Below are positions 23,956 through 39,199 of a DNA stretch of 64,000 nucleotides, piece by piece (the stretch's first letter is position 1; the number at the start of each line of letters is the position of its first letter). The translations under genes and the position numbers were made by a program. The stretch lies in NCBI RefSeq assembly GCF_009914755.1, contig NC_060928.1. One strand, given 5' to 3'. The notes below the pieces were generated by a model. It saw only the letters and a list, made by a program, of their open reading frames with translations. It was not told the DNA's origin and ran no database searches. The DNA comes from the human T2T-CHM13v2.0 reference genome, Homo sapiens.

Positions 23956-25328
23956 TAGTGTGTGGTCTGCAGGTCCGAAACTACTTTCATACTATCCAGA
24001 GTCCATGAGGTCAGAACTACTTGCATACTAACAGTAAGATGTTATTTGTCTTTTTATCTGTGTTGACATTTGCACTGATGATGCAAAAGCAATGGTGGGT
24101 AAAAATGCCACATCTTAGCACTAATCAGGGCAGAGCACCAAAAAGTATAATAGTGATCCTATTCTTCACCATCATGCACTTAGAGGAAGGAAAAAGGGAG
24201 GTTCATCTAAGAATGTCCTTGATAGAGCAGTAAAAATTATTAATTGTATTACATCTCAATCCTTAAGTACAAGACTTTTAAATATTCTTTGTTGACAAAA
24301 AGGTAGATACATATAAAGCACTTCTGCTGCATACTGAAATACATAGGTTGTCTGAAGGAAAATCACTTGTGAGATTGTTTGAAATAGCCACTTTTTAATG
24401 GAATGCTATTTTTACTTGAAAGGATGACTGACTGACAAACTGAGAGGGGTATTTCTCAAAAAAAAAAATGAGGTTAGCCTGAAATTTCAAAGAAAACAAT
24501 GCATACTATTTTTTGGCAGTGACAATATTTGCATTTACAAGTACAAATTAGAATCTTAGATAACTTGTATCCGTCACCATTAATGTAACAGCTTCCTGAT
24601 ACTTATAGGCCTTTTTGATGAAATGGGTGGTGATATTAATAAATGTAACTTTTTGATATTGTCTCAAGATTTTGGAAGAGCCGCAAAGCTCAGTGAACCA
24701 ATATTTTCCAAATGACCAATGCTTGCTGTTACCAAATCATGCTGTAATACAAGATCCATTCAAAGCACAAGATAGATCAGTGGGTTTTAATGTGAAAAAA
24801 TATGAAAAATTCATTGATATGGTTTCAGATTCTATACTGTAAGTAATCTTTAAGAAACTACCACTCATCAAGTTCTGGTGTAGTATCAAAGAAGAATATC
24901 CACAATTACCTAAAAAGGGTATTAATGTACTTCACCCTCTTCCAGCTACGTATCTTTATCAAACTGGATTTCTTTCATGTACATCTTTAACCAAAGCAAC
25001 ATATCACAATTGATTGAATGCAGAAGCAGATATGAGAACCCAGCTGTGTCCTATTAAGCCAGATATTACAAAGATTTTCAGAAACGTAAAACCATGCCCA
25101 TCTCCTTATGAAATGTTTTGTTTTGAAAAAAATAGTTACTTTTTATGAAAATGTATTAACTTGCATTGTTTCTGATTATGTATAAATTAATAAAAATTTT
25201 AAAAAATTCTACAGTTTTAATGAGTAACAATCAATAGACATAACCAATATAAACAAAGGTCCTTGGGCTCCTCAAAAACTTGTAAGAGTATAAAGGAATT
25301 CTGATTCCAAAAAGTTTGAGAACCACTG
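23956..25328 (+). mobile_element. Charlie1a (second copy)
   Basis: Colinear with 4286-5975 (CTCAGTGAACCAATATTTTCCAAATG, GATCCATTCAAAGCACAAGA); 3' TIR TTTGAGAACCACTG; TSD CCCTAGAA/CCATAGAA. Confidence 0.85.
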
Positions 25329-28300
25329 CCATAGAAATTAAGTTGCAGTTAAAGAGAAAAATGACAGGTATGGAGGCTTTACCAGAGGTCTTGGAATCCA
25401 ATTGTAAACATGCTTACCCTCTTCATAAAATGAAGCCCACTAAGCCCCTGGAGCTGAGAGTTAGTTTGTGTACCCCAAGATTAGCTCCTCTGATGAGATC
25501 CCTTATGGGATACAAGAAGTAGAAGAGGGTGCTCACCCACTCTAGTTGAAACAGGTTATCCAGCCACGTGGAGAGGCCAGTTACTCTGAACAGAGGCCCA
25601 AGTCTCTCCTAGCCTCAGACCCTCTAGGAAAGTAAAACCAGCGAGGGTCCCTCTCTCTTTCCCAGGGTATGAACCATCTGCCTCAAGAGTTAAGAAGAGA
25701 TACTCTTTACCCCAAATGTGCTCCAAGTCTGACATTTTAAATAATGAATGCCTGTCCCAAAACAGAGACATGGATCTGGCGTCTCACCTGGCCTGGACTT
25801 GACATGTTATAAATCACTATCTGGTGACGATGACCTGCCATCCTTTACAGAGGGGTAGGCTTTTACTGTAATATGTACTTTCATGGGAATGGATGGAATC
25901 AGCAAAGGAAACATTTCTGGGCATTTGGGATATCTTTCTTCTAACCCATGGGCTTGGGCCCCTTCCCTAAATATCGTCCCAATAGTTCTTCACCTCCAAC
26001 ACCTGATGTGAATGTTTCAGAGTACAAAGTCATATTTAGATTGGTCAAATTCCAGATTTCTGTGGTGTGTTTCCCTCACCTGGTTCATCCTGTCAGCACT
26101 GATGCTCAAAACCACTCAGTTCTTCCTTGCTTACTCCTAACTTAAACCACAATATGAAATAAAACTCTTGTCTCCGAACCCTTACATGCCATGATTCTTA
26201 GCATCTCTGTCCATTTCTCTTCCTTGGGCCTTTTTCTTAAATCTGCATGGATGGGAACTCCCCTAAGCAGCTACTCCCCACTTTCATGTATTTTTGAACT
26301 GATTTGTCTGATAGTGCAATGTACTTCTTTGCTGCTTGGCCCAGTCATCCTCTGAACTGCCTCAAATCATACTGCTGCCTCCTTGTGAGTCCCCTCTTGC
26401 ATGTGGCATCCTTGACGGCCCCTCTTCCTGGCAGCTCTGATTCAGCTTCTCTGCAACATCTTTCTGTCCCTTTGTACGTTCTTCCCCCAGCCTCTTCCCC
26501 CACTATGGTTCACATACCCATGGCATCTTGACAAAGTTGTTTACCCAATGTACATGTCAAGCAACATCTTCCTTAGACTACAATATGGTTATAAGAATAA
26601 CAAAATACAAAATTACTACATGCCCAGACTCATGATTTTGGGTGATCAGCAAGTACAATGGGAGCAGAAACCAATAAAAAAATTTCCTGTGCGTTTCTCT
26701 TATATCTTCTCCTCCATGATTACTGTCTCTGCCATTTGTGGTCACCTCTGTCTACCCCCATTTTTGGAATTCCACTTCTACCACTGCCCATTTTTATGCC
26801 AATTTTTATGTAGTTGGTTATCTCATGGAAGGTAGGACCAAGTTACCTTGAGCTCCATCTGTGTCCTTTTGGTGCTAGAGTTTGGCTATGTCTTTTTATT
26901 GGACTTAAAGTCCTTTCGTATAAAGCAACAAATGGCAATGCCATGGGAGTTAACTATTATACACTCCCTCTTTGACATCATTTCATTTCCTACTTTAATA
27001 TTTTTAGTAAAGAGGCAAAATTAGAGCTTCGAATTAGAGCCACAGAACTTTATGGCCAGAAAGTGCCTTGCAGATCACTTTGTTTTGCCCTGGTATTCCA
27101 CAGATGAGGAGTCAGAGTAACTAAAACATTGGGCAATGCTGCTTGCTGAGCTCTGACTAGTGAGCTCTTGGCTATTCCAGAAAATTAGAGCTTAAATGTA
27201 GGACATTGTAAAGGCATATTTATGCATCCTAAAGTATTTAAGCAAACCAATTTTGTAAGCCAGAATGTAGAAGCATTTGAAATCACAATATACAAACTTA
27301 AGGAATCGAGTGCTTTCAAATATTGTGTGTAGACAATTTAGTGTAGGTTTGATATTGTTTGCTAGCTCCTGGAAGGTTCATTTTAAATGTGAATGAAGGA
27401 TAGCTATTGGGATTAGAAAGAAACTTTAAAATTTACCAAAAAGAAACCCCAAACCATATAGATCAACTCTATCTTGAGAATATAGATACTATGATAAAAA
27501 ACTGGAAGCCCTAAAAAAGGTATTACATTCTCTGAGAAGAAACCTTGTGGACATTTCAAAATAAAGTGTTCATACCTTCATGAAAGATGGTAGCCTAAGC
27601 TCAGATCCCGTTTCAGTGTTGGGCAATGGTACACTTAGTCTTGGCCAATTGTCTTAGGCAGTCTTTCAGTGGAGTTCATAGGTATCCAGTGTCAATGTAT
27701 CATTGCAACTCTCTTACTCTTAAAGCAAAAACCATGAGTCACTCAACTCAGCCCAGCTCCCTGATGGCAGGTCCATGGGCCATTTTTCACACTAGAAGGA
27801 TGGGTGCTTTTACAGAGGCAACTTCTGAAACCTCATCCTCTTTTACACTGCACTCAGGGAACAATGAGAGAAATGGAATTTTGTGAAGTGTTTGAGACAA
27901 AAAAATGATTCCTACAAATTGCCCAAAATAACAGGAAGGAACAGAATGGATAAACTAAAGTTCACATCCTTGTCCTGGAGTCTGAAGCACAACTGGTCTA
28001 GCAAGTATCCTTTCAGTAAACAGAGTCTGGGGAACAGATTAACAAGTTAATGTGCAGTTAGGCTAGCATAGAGAAGCTGCACCATGCAAGTATAAGTATG
28101 ATTGTGTAAAAGCCTCATACACCTAGGCTCCTTTGGCACACATCTTGGGCCCACAGAATACACAGAAATGGCTCCATATAATTCCTATTAATGATGTCCC
28201 GAAAAACAGACAACAGGCTTTGCAGGAATTCCTTAATTTCCAAAGGTCATGCCTCTGCACCCCAGGAGATTCACACTTCATTTGTGCCAGATTGCTTGTT

Positions 28301-28937
28301 GTTTTAGAGGAAGGTTATGTTGCTGACTGATTTTTCACATATCCCAGCTTTTTGGAGAGTTCGCTTCTTAGTGCAGTGTCCGTGAGAAGCTTTGTTGTGA
28401 CTTTTGCATAATGTAAGTGTTCAGCAGTATTTGTGTTTGAGTGTCAACACAGTTCTATCTAGGAAAAAAAAAGGAACATACTATATCAGCAAGGACTATT
28501 TAATTCATCTTCACATCAGCTCTGTGAACCATATTTTCTTCACTTTAAGGCTGGGGAAACTGAGGCATAACCCAGGCAAGAAATTGCTCAAGGCCACATA
28601 ATTAGACCACTTGCACTTGAGGGCTATAGACAGCCTAATTACAGCCACAGCGCTCTCCCTACATCAATCAGGCAGAAGCCTGAGGAACAGATGGGCCATG
28701 CATCATGTCCTAAATGCCAAGAGACTGTTTTTTGTCTAATAGGGAAGGAGTAGACCCAGATGCCCCAGTGCTCTCCCCAGGAAATGTTGGTTCCAGTTTC
28801 CTGAAAACCAAGTATAAGCTCCCATGTATATATCAATTGTTACATTATTAAAGAGAACAAAGTAATCTCTAAGAGTAACCAGAGCCTAAACATGCAGAAA
28901 TGGACATTGAATTTCCCGTGTGCTAGTGAAGTAGCAT

Positions 28938-29444
28938 TGTGCTGGTTTCGCCACATTTGCCTCCTTTGCTTGTTGTCCCTTCTCTACCCTGTTATCTTTG
29001 CCCCAGGAACTGACCGCTAGTGACTGCAGCACCCAAGCTCCCTGGCTGGCTTGATATACAGCTGGATTCAGGCAACAGGAGGTAATTGTAAGAGAGAAGA
29101 GTGGGATGGCAGAAGGGTGGGAATATTTCTTCTCTTCTCCCTCTCTGCTTTGATGCTTTGTCTCTGGCTGTAATTCTGTCCTTCCATGATTACAGCCTCT
29201 AGCACAGTGCAGACTTCACTGGACTTGGAATACACTGTTTCCTCTCCTCATCCGTTCAGCCCTAGCGCTGGTAACTGCCTTCCACAGATGGTGATTCCTG
29301 GATGCCTCTCAGCCCTCATTAGTTCCCTTACCCCACCACTATGTAAGGAGTTCCCACCACTATGTAAGGAGTTCTTCATTAAAGCCTCTTCATTTGAATC
29401 ATGAGGGATGAGTTCTGTTCTCTGCCTGAACCCAGACTGATACA
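28938..29444 (+). mobile_element. LTR33-like ERVL solo LTR
   Basis: TGT start, GACTGATACA end, LTR33-like body. Confidence 0.65.
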
Positions 29445-32358
29445 ATGTACTTTCATTTGTTCACTAAATATCTAATGAACACCTACTATGGGCCAGGCAC
29501 TGGCCAAAACCACTGGGAATACCACAGTGAGCAAATAGAGATATTACCCCTGACCCTGTGGAGTTTACTGAACTCCGTGGCTTATTTTACTTAACTCTTC
29601 TTTGTTATTTCCCATAAAATTGGGATGATTTTTTTTTAAAGTACAGAAATTCTCCAGGCTAGTCAGGAATTCTGAGAACAGAGAATGAGGCTATGTGAGA
29701 GGTAATTTAGGCTTCAGACAAATTCGAAGTACATCATTAGTAGATGATTATGGCAGGGGGCAGGGCAGGGAAGGGGTGCAGAGAAGGAGTAATGATCAGG
29801 TAGAGTCAGTCTCCCAAAGGAAAGCCTTGGTGCCACAGGATCTAGGACCATCTCAGGTCCATGCTCTGAACAAATTTAAGGTGACGTAAGCAAAACTGAT
29901 GAGTGGGCAACACTGATCTCCAAGACCCCTTCCTTGATGTTTCCTCGATCCTTTCTCCTGTCTCCACTTCTGGAATGTTTGATGCCATTTGCTCTCTCAG
30001 CAGTACCGGTCCTTTTAGCAACCAGAAATACCACTGTGTTGTCCCACTTAAACCTCTCCTGATAGATGGTCCCATAATCTTTCTTTATTCAAAATATAAC
30101 TGTTCTTTTTTTTTCCTTTCCATTTCCCGAGGCTTCCTCATGCTTTTTTTCTACCAAAATGATAGCTAACAGGATAACGAGAGTTCATTTTTTTCTATTT
30201 TCCAAGTTTTTAACAGTGAAACATATATTATTACTATAATTTAAAACTTTTTTGAACCGCAACAAAAGTAAGTTAGCTACTCAATGCCAATGTCTTCAGT
30301 GATACAAATAGCATATCCTCTTTTACCAACAGGGATACCTTTGAAATACCCAGAAAGTAAAAGATGTCATAGAATAAATATGGCCATCTTTCTGGAATGC
30401 TCCTTTTGCTGATACGTTTGTTGAAAGTTAAGCAATTTAACTTTGAAATAATTTAAAATGTACTTTTATTAAGATATGTATGGAGATACCATGTACTCTG
30501 GTTTTTCTCATTAAAGATGAGGACAATGACAATATTGTACTTCCCTTACATGAGGTTGCTGTGGGGTCTAACTGAATCTAAGCACTGTAGCTGGTATATG
30601 CTGCTGCTCCTGACGGCATGGGATATGCCATGAGGTCCAAACTCTGCATGAACTTTAAGTCAAAATGCAAGGTTTCAAAGAAATTTTGCCCAGAACCTTC
30701 TTCAGGCTCTATCCCCAGATTCCCAGGGGAAACATTTTCATTTGCTTTGGCTGCTAGAGGAAAAATCTGAATATATTACCTCTGCTTTCTGGATTCCCCA
30801 TGCTTTATCCCACAGCAGTAACTTTCACAGCAGGAATTTTAGGCATTGTGGCATTCATTCAGTTATAAATTTCAGTTATAAAACATTTATTGAGGTTTTC
30901 GTGATTTGATTTTTTAAACCCACCTGTTCTCCTTCTCCTTCTCCTTCCCCTATTGTTGTTCCTGAAACAAAATAAATGACCCAGAATTATCTGGCATTCA
31001 TCTGACATAAATCATAACCCACACTGGATTACTTTCAACTCTACATTATAGTCCTATGGAAAACTATAGTTCTGAATGAGGACTACTTCTTCCCTTTCAA
31101 CACTTCTTTATCACTGTCCAAAAAAACCAGATAGGCAAGGAAAACTAAAAATTGAAAGAAAGAAGGAAAGAGAAAGAAGAAAAAAGAAAGCTGGAATAAT
31201 AGTATCAAAAACTAAATTTACTTTATAAACTAGCACTTTCTCTGAATTCAGAAAATGATTTTTATACCAAACGAAACAAAACAAGCCCACATACACAAAT
31301 TTTGATAATGTTTAACCCAATCTTGGGTTCAAGTCTTACCCTTGAAAGAACTAAAGTCACAAAACAGGTCTTGTTGTCTTGATGTGCTTTGAATGAATGG
31401 TTTTAATCACACACTATTTTAAGTACCTGTGTCATCCTGTTACTGATTTGGATGACTGCTTTCAGTCCACCACAAAATATACTCAAAACTTATTAAAAAC
31501 AACAAACAATAATATTTCTGTACTCAGAGTAATGGCTAATGTTATCATACAACCTAGGCTTTGAGTATACTGTGTGAGAAAATATCCACGGCCCTTGCTC
31601 TTATGGAACAAATATCATAATGGCAAGTGATGACCATTTTTGTAAAAGGCTCTAAGGGTAACGACTTAGACTTTACTGGTTACTTTTGTTTAAAAATTAA
31701 CAAAACAAAGTAATTAAATATATGAATATTGGAAAAATGATTAATGTGGTAATATTCTCCTGTTTCAGATGCTTTGGTCAAAGGGCTTGTATCTTATGGA
31801 AAGCTCCTAAGGTACATAAGTCACCGACATCTACCACTTGTTTATAATTGGGTAGCTTGTTTAAATGCACAGCCGGGCTGGGGCAGCAGGTCACACACTG
31901 TTGAGCAGGACAGTGAGGAGGGAACCTCCTGTTTCTCATTCCAGGGATTGTAAGCCCATTGTTGCTGTGTTTTCCCATCTTATAGGAGAAGCGGGATATC
32001 TAAATTTTATCGAGAAATCTCCAAGTTTTGGGACATATATACTCAACAAAATGTATCTGCAGGTCAGATCTGTTGATCATCAGTTTGTGATGATCATGTG
32101 TTATACACATGTAACTCCCAACCAACCATTGCAATTCATGCGTTATCTTATATGCATCAGACCAGAAAATAGACAAAATAATAAGGTCCTCAAATACCAC
32201 TGTGTCACATATTCACAGACTCTCAATTTTGGAACTAGACTTGCATTTATCTAGACTAACTTCTGATATGATCATACTTAGTAATGAGGCAGACTCTAAT
32301 TGGACAGATCGTATTGTGAGATCATTGTTTCTTAAGAGTCAGTCAAAATCTAGCATTT

Positions 32359-33083
32359 CCCTTTATACCCGTTAGATGGCCACTATCTGAAAAATTAAGA
32401 GCATGAAATAACAAGTGTTGCTGAAGATGTGGAAAAGTCGGAATCCTTGTGCATTGCTGCTGTGAATATAAAATGGTACAGCCACTGTGGCTTCTTAAAA
32501 AATTACATATAGAATGGCCATGTAATCCAGCAATTCTACTTCAGAGTATATATCCAAAAGAGTTGAAAGTAGGGATTCAAACATATTTGTTTATCTATGT
32601 TCATAGCAGCATTATTCACAGTATCTAAAAGGTGGAAACAAACCAAATGCCCACTGACTGACAGATACATGAGCAAACAGAATGTGGTGTATACATAACT
32701 GCAATATTATTCAGCCTTAAAAGGAGGGAAATCTTGTCCCATGCTATGACATGGGTTAGCTTTGAAGACATTATGCTAAGTGAAAGAAGCCAGACATGAA
32801 AGGACAAATACCGTATGATTCTACTCATATGAGATACTTAGAGTAGTCAAATTCATAAAGATGGAAAGTAGAATGGTGGTTGCCAGGGGCTGGGAAAGGG
32901 GGTAAATTGAGAGTTATTGTTTAATGGGTATGGAGCTTCCATTCGGGGAGATGAAAAAGTTCTGGAGATAGTTGGTGTACCTCAGTGTGAATGTACTTAA
33001 TGCCATTGAGCTGTACACCTAAAATGTTTTAAATAGAAAATTATTATGTTTATTTTACCATAGTTAAAAAAATGAAATAAGGC
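32359..33083 (+). mobile_element. L1MB 3' end
   Basis: ATAACAAGTGTTGCTGAAGATGTGG...GATGAAAAAGTTCTGGAGAT; TSD AATCTAGCATTT on both sides. Confidence 0.88.
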
Positions 33084-35224
33084 AATCTAGCATTTTCACT
33101 CTCTACTCTCTGTGCTTTATTTTGCCCTCTGAAGCCACAGAGCATAGGTTTGCTCTTTTACATGACTATCCTCCAAATACTGGCAGAGAGCAGCCCTCGC
33201 ACTCCTCCATTCTCCTTTCCTGCATCCTTGCTGTTCTCCTCTGAAGCTGCCCTTTCACCGTGCCCTGCACCCGGACCAGATGCAGTGGACAGGTGAAGGA
33301 GTGCAGGATGATCACCTCCTTCACTCTAAGTACCAGGCTGCTGGGGGGCTTTCTCCAATTTCACAACTCAGGTATTTTAGGCTGCATCTCATTTTCTCAG
33401 GGACCCTCAGGGATTGGGGTTCTAGCATCATTTGTATGGCTCACTTATTTGCAAATGATAATGTCGAAGAAAATAATCAAACAAAAAGAGATGCCCAGGA
33501 CTGTTATTCCATGATAAGACATGTTCAAAGCAGAACTATCAGCAACACTTTCATTTCTTTCTGAATTCTGGAACTGCAACATGGGTGAATTTGAGTTTCC
33601 ACTGAAAATTAACCTGTAGTTGAAAAGGGTCCTAAAGGGGGCTTCTTGGTTTATCCACAGGCTTTTCCATCTGGAAGCTGTATCTGTCAGAAATCAGATG
33701 AGGCTCAAAAAGTAGAGACGCTAAAACAATTTTTTTTCTTTACATCTTTCCATCACTTTCTCTGATAACATTTACAAAAGTAAATGTAGTTTTACAAGTT
33801 TATATTTTGGGACAGTAGGCATTTAATAGAGCTCTTCTTACCCCCAGGTATCATTAAAACTGATTGTCCTCCTTCCTGTAAAGTCCTCCCTAACCCTAAA
33901 ATTCAGAAGCCCTTTTATATGATTTTAAATTTGGTATTTGACCATACAGGGGGATGCAATAAAAAGTGACTTCCTAAAGAAGCTCTGACAAAATCTGTGA
34001 GCCCTTTTGACCTCACAGACTTTAAGGCATCCCAACTTATTTCCTTCTAAGAAGAGAGGCAGAAAAAAGGCTTCCTTGCTCAAACAACCAGCTTTGCAAA
34101 GGACCTTGAGAGGTCTGGGGGATGCTGGGAGTTCCTAGCTTGCTGGCACAGGCTCCAGTTCCACTAGGTCATGTTAAATATGAGTATGCACAATAGAAAA
34201 TGAGAGATGACCTCAATTGTCTCAACAGGATGTAGGAAAGCCAAGGGATGATGCAGCAAGCGGCTCAGGCCTTTACTATTAAGAGCTTTAAATATTGCTG
34301 GTATTAGTAAATGAGAAGCTACAAGCAGTGTCATAAACGTTATGAGTTCACAACACAGCTTGACAAATCCTGAAATATTGGTTGTGGCTGAGAGATTCCT
34401 GATTATGCTGGGTATGGACACAAGGTAGGCGAGCCAGCAAAAAAGGTTATTTGTCTCTAAGCCGAAGTCCATCCATGGGCAGAAGCATTATTACTTATTA
34501 TTATTAACCATCCTGACAACAACCCACATTTTTATGGCATTTGAATATCGCAAAATGCCTCAACATCATTCTAAGTCGCTATTCTATTCCACAGTGGAGC
34601 AGGGTAGAAGGTCAGAAGGAAAACATCAAGCTTAGATGCAACAGAAGCTGATCTCAAGATTCAGGTGGAGTTGGTAACCTACAAGAAGTTATTCATTTAA
34701 ATTGCAGAAAAATTAAAAAGTCATTAGAAGCCCCTTGCTTAAAGTGGTCAGGAATATTCAATGTTCCAATTGAGGACTCTAGCAACATCAAAAATTCTGC
34801 GTACTCAGGTTTTTTCTTTGCCCCTCTTCTCCCCCTTTAGCTGCCTACCTCCCAAATCTAGCTTTCCAGACCTGATGTTCCACCTGCCTGTATCCCTGCC
34901 TGCACATCTGAGCTCACTTCCTGCCACCATCCCTCCGCCCTGACTCCTCTGGTCACATAGCCTTGCTCTTCTCCTAACAAGCCCAGAGCTGCATTGTGAC
35001 TTTCTTGGGCCTATTCCTCCAGTATAAAAGAAAAAAAAATCAAAATTATATTCTACCACTGCATGGGTATAAAGATGAACATACACATATTATGTACTAA
35101 AACATTTTTTGGACCTGAAAGTTCATTTTTTTCTTCTGATGTGGAAAGAATTAAAGCATTTCTGTGTGCCCCTAAAAGTATTATAGGCCCTGTGTCTACA
35201 GCGCCCGATGGAGAAGTTGGATCT

Positions 35225-35612
35225 TTCAGGACTTTTGCAGTTGCGCTTCTCTCTGCCTGAAATGTTCCTTCCCTAGCTATCCATGTGACATACAGCCTCA
35301 GTTAATTTGTGTTTCTGCAAAAATGACATTCTTTTCAGAGAGGCTTTCTCTCATCACCTTACCTGAGACAGGCCCACACGTCAACTCTAGCCAAGCGTCT
35401 CCATCCCTCTACCATGCTCTAATCCATCTACCATGCTCTAGTTTTCTTTTAAGCATCTGATATCAATTAGATATTTATGTTTTACTTGTTTGTGGCCTGT
35501 CTGTCCCACTAGAGCATAAGTTCTGTGACACTAAGGTACTCTGTTCTCAGGTCCCAGAAAGTACCAGGCATATGGTAGATATACTCATAAATGTATGTTC
35601 CAAGTGGAATGA
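35225..35612 (+). mobile_element. L2 3' end
   Basis: CTCTGCCTGAAATGTTCCTTCCC...CTCATAAATGTATGTT...GAATGAAT. Confidence 0.7.
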
Positions 35613-36174
35613 ATTTCTGCCTGGGATACTTCTTCTGTATTCCAAAGTAGTCATCTCTCAATATATAAGGAGAATGAAAAGTGAGCATGAGGGAAGATGG
35701 AAAATGCTCTCTTGCTCAAACGTCCAACCTTACGGAAGATCTTTGGAGGGCTGGAGACATGCCAGGAGCCCCAGTCCTTCCAACCAGGACCCCTGCTCTG
35801 TGCTCTGCATCACTTTTTGCATTCTCCTGTCCTGGTGAACACCACCTGTTCTGCAATTATGTGTATTTGCTGAGGCTGAGGCTCAGGCTGAGGCTGCCCA
35901 TCCCTCATGCCTTCTAAGAGCATGTACTGAGCACTCTGTAAATCACTGCTGGATTGAAAAAGGATGAATGGGAAGAAGAGAAAGATACAGAAGATGCTGT
36001 CAACATGTGAAGAACTTATGCTTCACCATTGGATTGAACAGAATGAACGAGGATGGCTTCAACCAGGGGACATTTGTTCGAGACTCTAAGAGGAGGATTA
36101 ACATGCAAAGGAGAGAGCATGTAAATATAGCCAGCATCTAGAAAACAGAGTTCTGGGATGATACTTGGAGTGCC

Positions 36175-36680
36175 AGGTATGACCATTCTGGTTGCAAAAT
36201 CCTGCCTTAAGATAAAAAGAGGATTAATGGCTCTTTGAAAAGCCCAGGAATTGGCTTGCTTCAGTCCTTCCTGTATTCAGAGCTCTAACAGCATATTCAG
36301 GACCTGGTTACTCTCTCTTTCTCAGAAACTCCTCCTGCTGGGGTGGCTTTCATCACAGACTCTATATTGTAGCAAATGAAGGCACAGCTCTAACCTCTTT
36401 GCCCTCTCAAATTCAGCACAGGAAGAAAGAAAGTCTCTTTCCTATAAGTATCTGCTCGAACTCACTGCTCCTTATGGGCTCTGACTTGGCCGTTTACCTA
36501 CCTTGGACCCAGTTGCAGTACCCAGGAAAGTGTGATCATGCACTGACCATTCTAGGCCTGGATGGAGTGATGCCTTTGAGCCACAGGGACCAAGAATGAG
36601 TGACAGGTGCTCCCCTGACTGCAGTTACAGGAAGTAGGGTGTATGTACACTGAGTGACCAAAAAAACAAATGTCCACTCC
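36175..36680 (-). mobile_element. Old MLT1-type LTR fragment
   Basis: Diverged TTCTGGTTGCAA...GGCTCTGACTTGGCC motifs of ancient MLT1. Confidence 0.4.
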
Positions 36681-38579
36681 TCTTGGCTCTAGAAAGAAAG
36701 TGTAATGGATTGGTTTGGCATAAAAGGCCTGGACATGAACTAAGAGGTTGCAGAGAAGTATGCTAAGTATTAGATTGTCTAGGGACAATGCAAAAAGATT
36801 GTTAGCAATGTGGAGGAAAATTAGAGACTCTTTTCCTCACAATTCTCATGTTCTGTTAGGCAAGCAAGACAGAGAAGTTCATTTTATCGAAACATTTTTT
36901 TTAAGAAAAGATGCTGGATATTAATTTTGTTTTTAACCCAACTTTGGCCTGAGCAATGGGTGTGAGTATGGAGTGAATCACCTTCGTTCATGAAAGGAGG
37001 GAATCTGTGCCCAGGGGATGTTGCTGTATAGGAGGAGTAAGTCGTTTTACTGCAGCTGCTTCTGACCAGGTTATCTTAAGCAAGTCATTTCAGTGACTCA
37101 GAGAAGTTGGGTAGATGCCAGATGACTTTCTGTCTGGGCTTAAGGTGTTAGTTAGGCAAGAGAGCTTGCCAGATGTCTTATTTTATTTAGAGATAAAGAG
37201 GAGACCGAATGCTCTCAAGCCTCCCTGGTGACCACGGCCCACTCAGAAGAGCAAAATTGCCTTCCTCCGGGCCTATGGTGTTGGGATCAGAGGAGAGAGA
37301 AAGTTCCTGTCAATGACGTGTTCTGAAAGTCCATCGAATCTTGCTCACCTCTCTGCCTGCTCTAGGGAAGAATGCCATTTAGACCAGATCAAACTGACGA
37401 AGGTACCTATGTTGTTTTCTTCACCACTGTGAATGGATTGTTCCCACTGAGTAACAACTTCCATTAAGCCATAATTGGAGTATTTTGCCTCTTCAGAGAA
37501 AAAAGAAAACAAGAAAATATTTAATTCAGATAACAACCACCCTATTTCATCACCATCCCCTTTTTCCCTAATGAAAGAATCTGTGTACTTTCCATTTCAA
37601 ACTTAAAATATTGTAAAGGCAGCAAAAATTAAAATTTAGTAACTGTGCCCCTCTTAGAGCATGGGGGGTGCCATGTTGGCAGCTGTCCTTTCTGCTACCT
37701 AGCTTGCAGAGTATGAGAGCAGTGTGTATGTGAAATACTTTGCAATCCTTTTGGCTTGAGGTGTGTAACAGCAAAAAAATTACCTTTTGACATGACGCTA
37801 CATTAGTTTGGTTTTCTTTTGGTCAATCAAAATGTCACATAATGTCTTACTTCTTATGACTTCTTTCCGAGAACGAGAAAGAGAGAGAGACAGAGCATGC
37901 AGTTTTACATAAATTGGCCAGATTTATGTACTAAATAGTGATTTCCTCCTTCTTGGGGGCAAGGAGATGGTGTTTCAAATTTTAGATATGGATTTATAGT
38001 CTGATATCATTACTTGAACTTTTTTTTATTAAGCTCTGTGAGTCTTCTCTGATATAAACTTTCCTTGTCTTTCACTTTCCTCCCCGTTCCCCAAACTTTA
38101 GTGCCCGCTCTCAAGATCAACCTAAAGGAAGCTAAGGAAATGAAGTGATGATTCCACACTCAGAAGCAACGAATTAGATGAAAACCTTGACACCAACCTG
38201 GATAATTAAACAAACATCTACTTATTCCTCCCCTCATGAATGAATAAATGCAAGAATGAGAGACATTCAATCCTACTTGCTAATATTCATCTTCCTCCAT
38301 TCTATGTTCCCCTCACACGGCCCTAAATTTGCTCTCCTAGCAAATCTCTATTCCCACGTTTGTCTGGAAGATTTCAGTACCATCTTTTACCCAGCTGCAT
38401 CTTTCTATCACCTGCCCTTTCCCATGGTGAATCTATCTTTTTTACATTTTCAATTTGGTCTCTTATTTTATCAATTTGACTAAAACCTGGATTTCTGTCA
38501 TGAGAGTCCCTTACCAACCTTGTCCAGCAGAGGTCACTCTTCTTGCTCATGGGCTGAGGTGAGGGGGTTGCCTCCCTGA

Positions 38580-39163
<584 letters not shown>

Positions 39164-39199
39164 CTTTGTTGTCATTTTGTAATGCTTCTTTCTAAGCCT

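Noticed and set aside
25330-25950. Possible ancient LTR next to the second Charlie1a
   Set aside because: Too diverged to assign by eye; no clear termini or TSD.
31755-31818. Possible + strand micro-exon (pyrimidine tract-CAG ... AAG|GTACAT)
   Set aside because: Weak donor and no linked exons or promoter visible.
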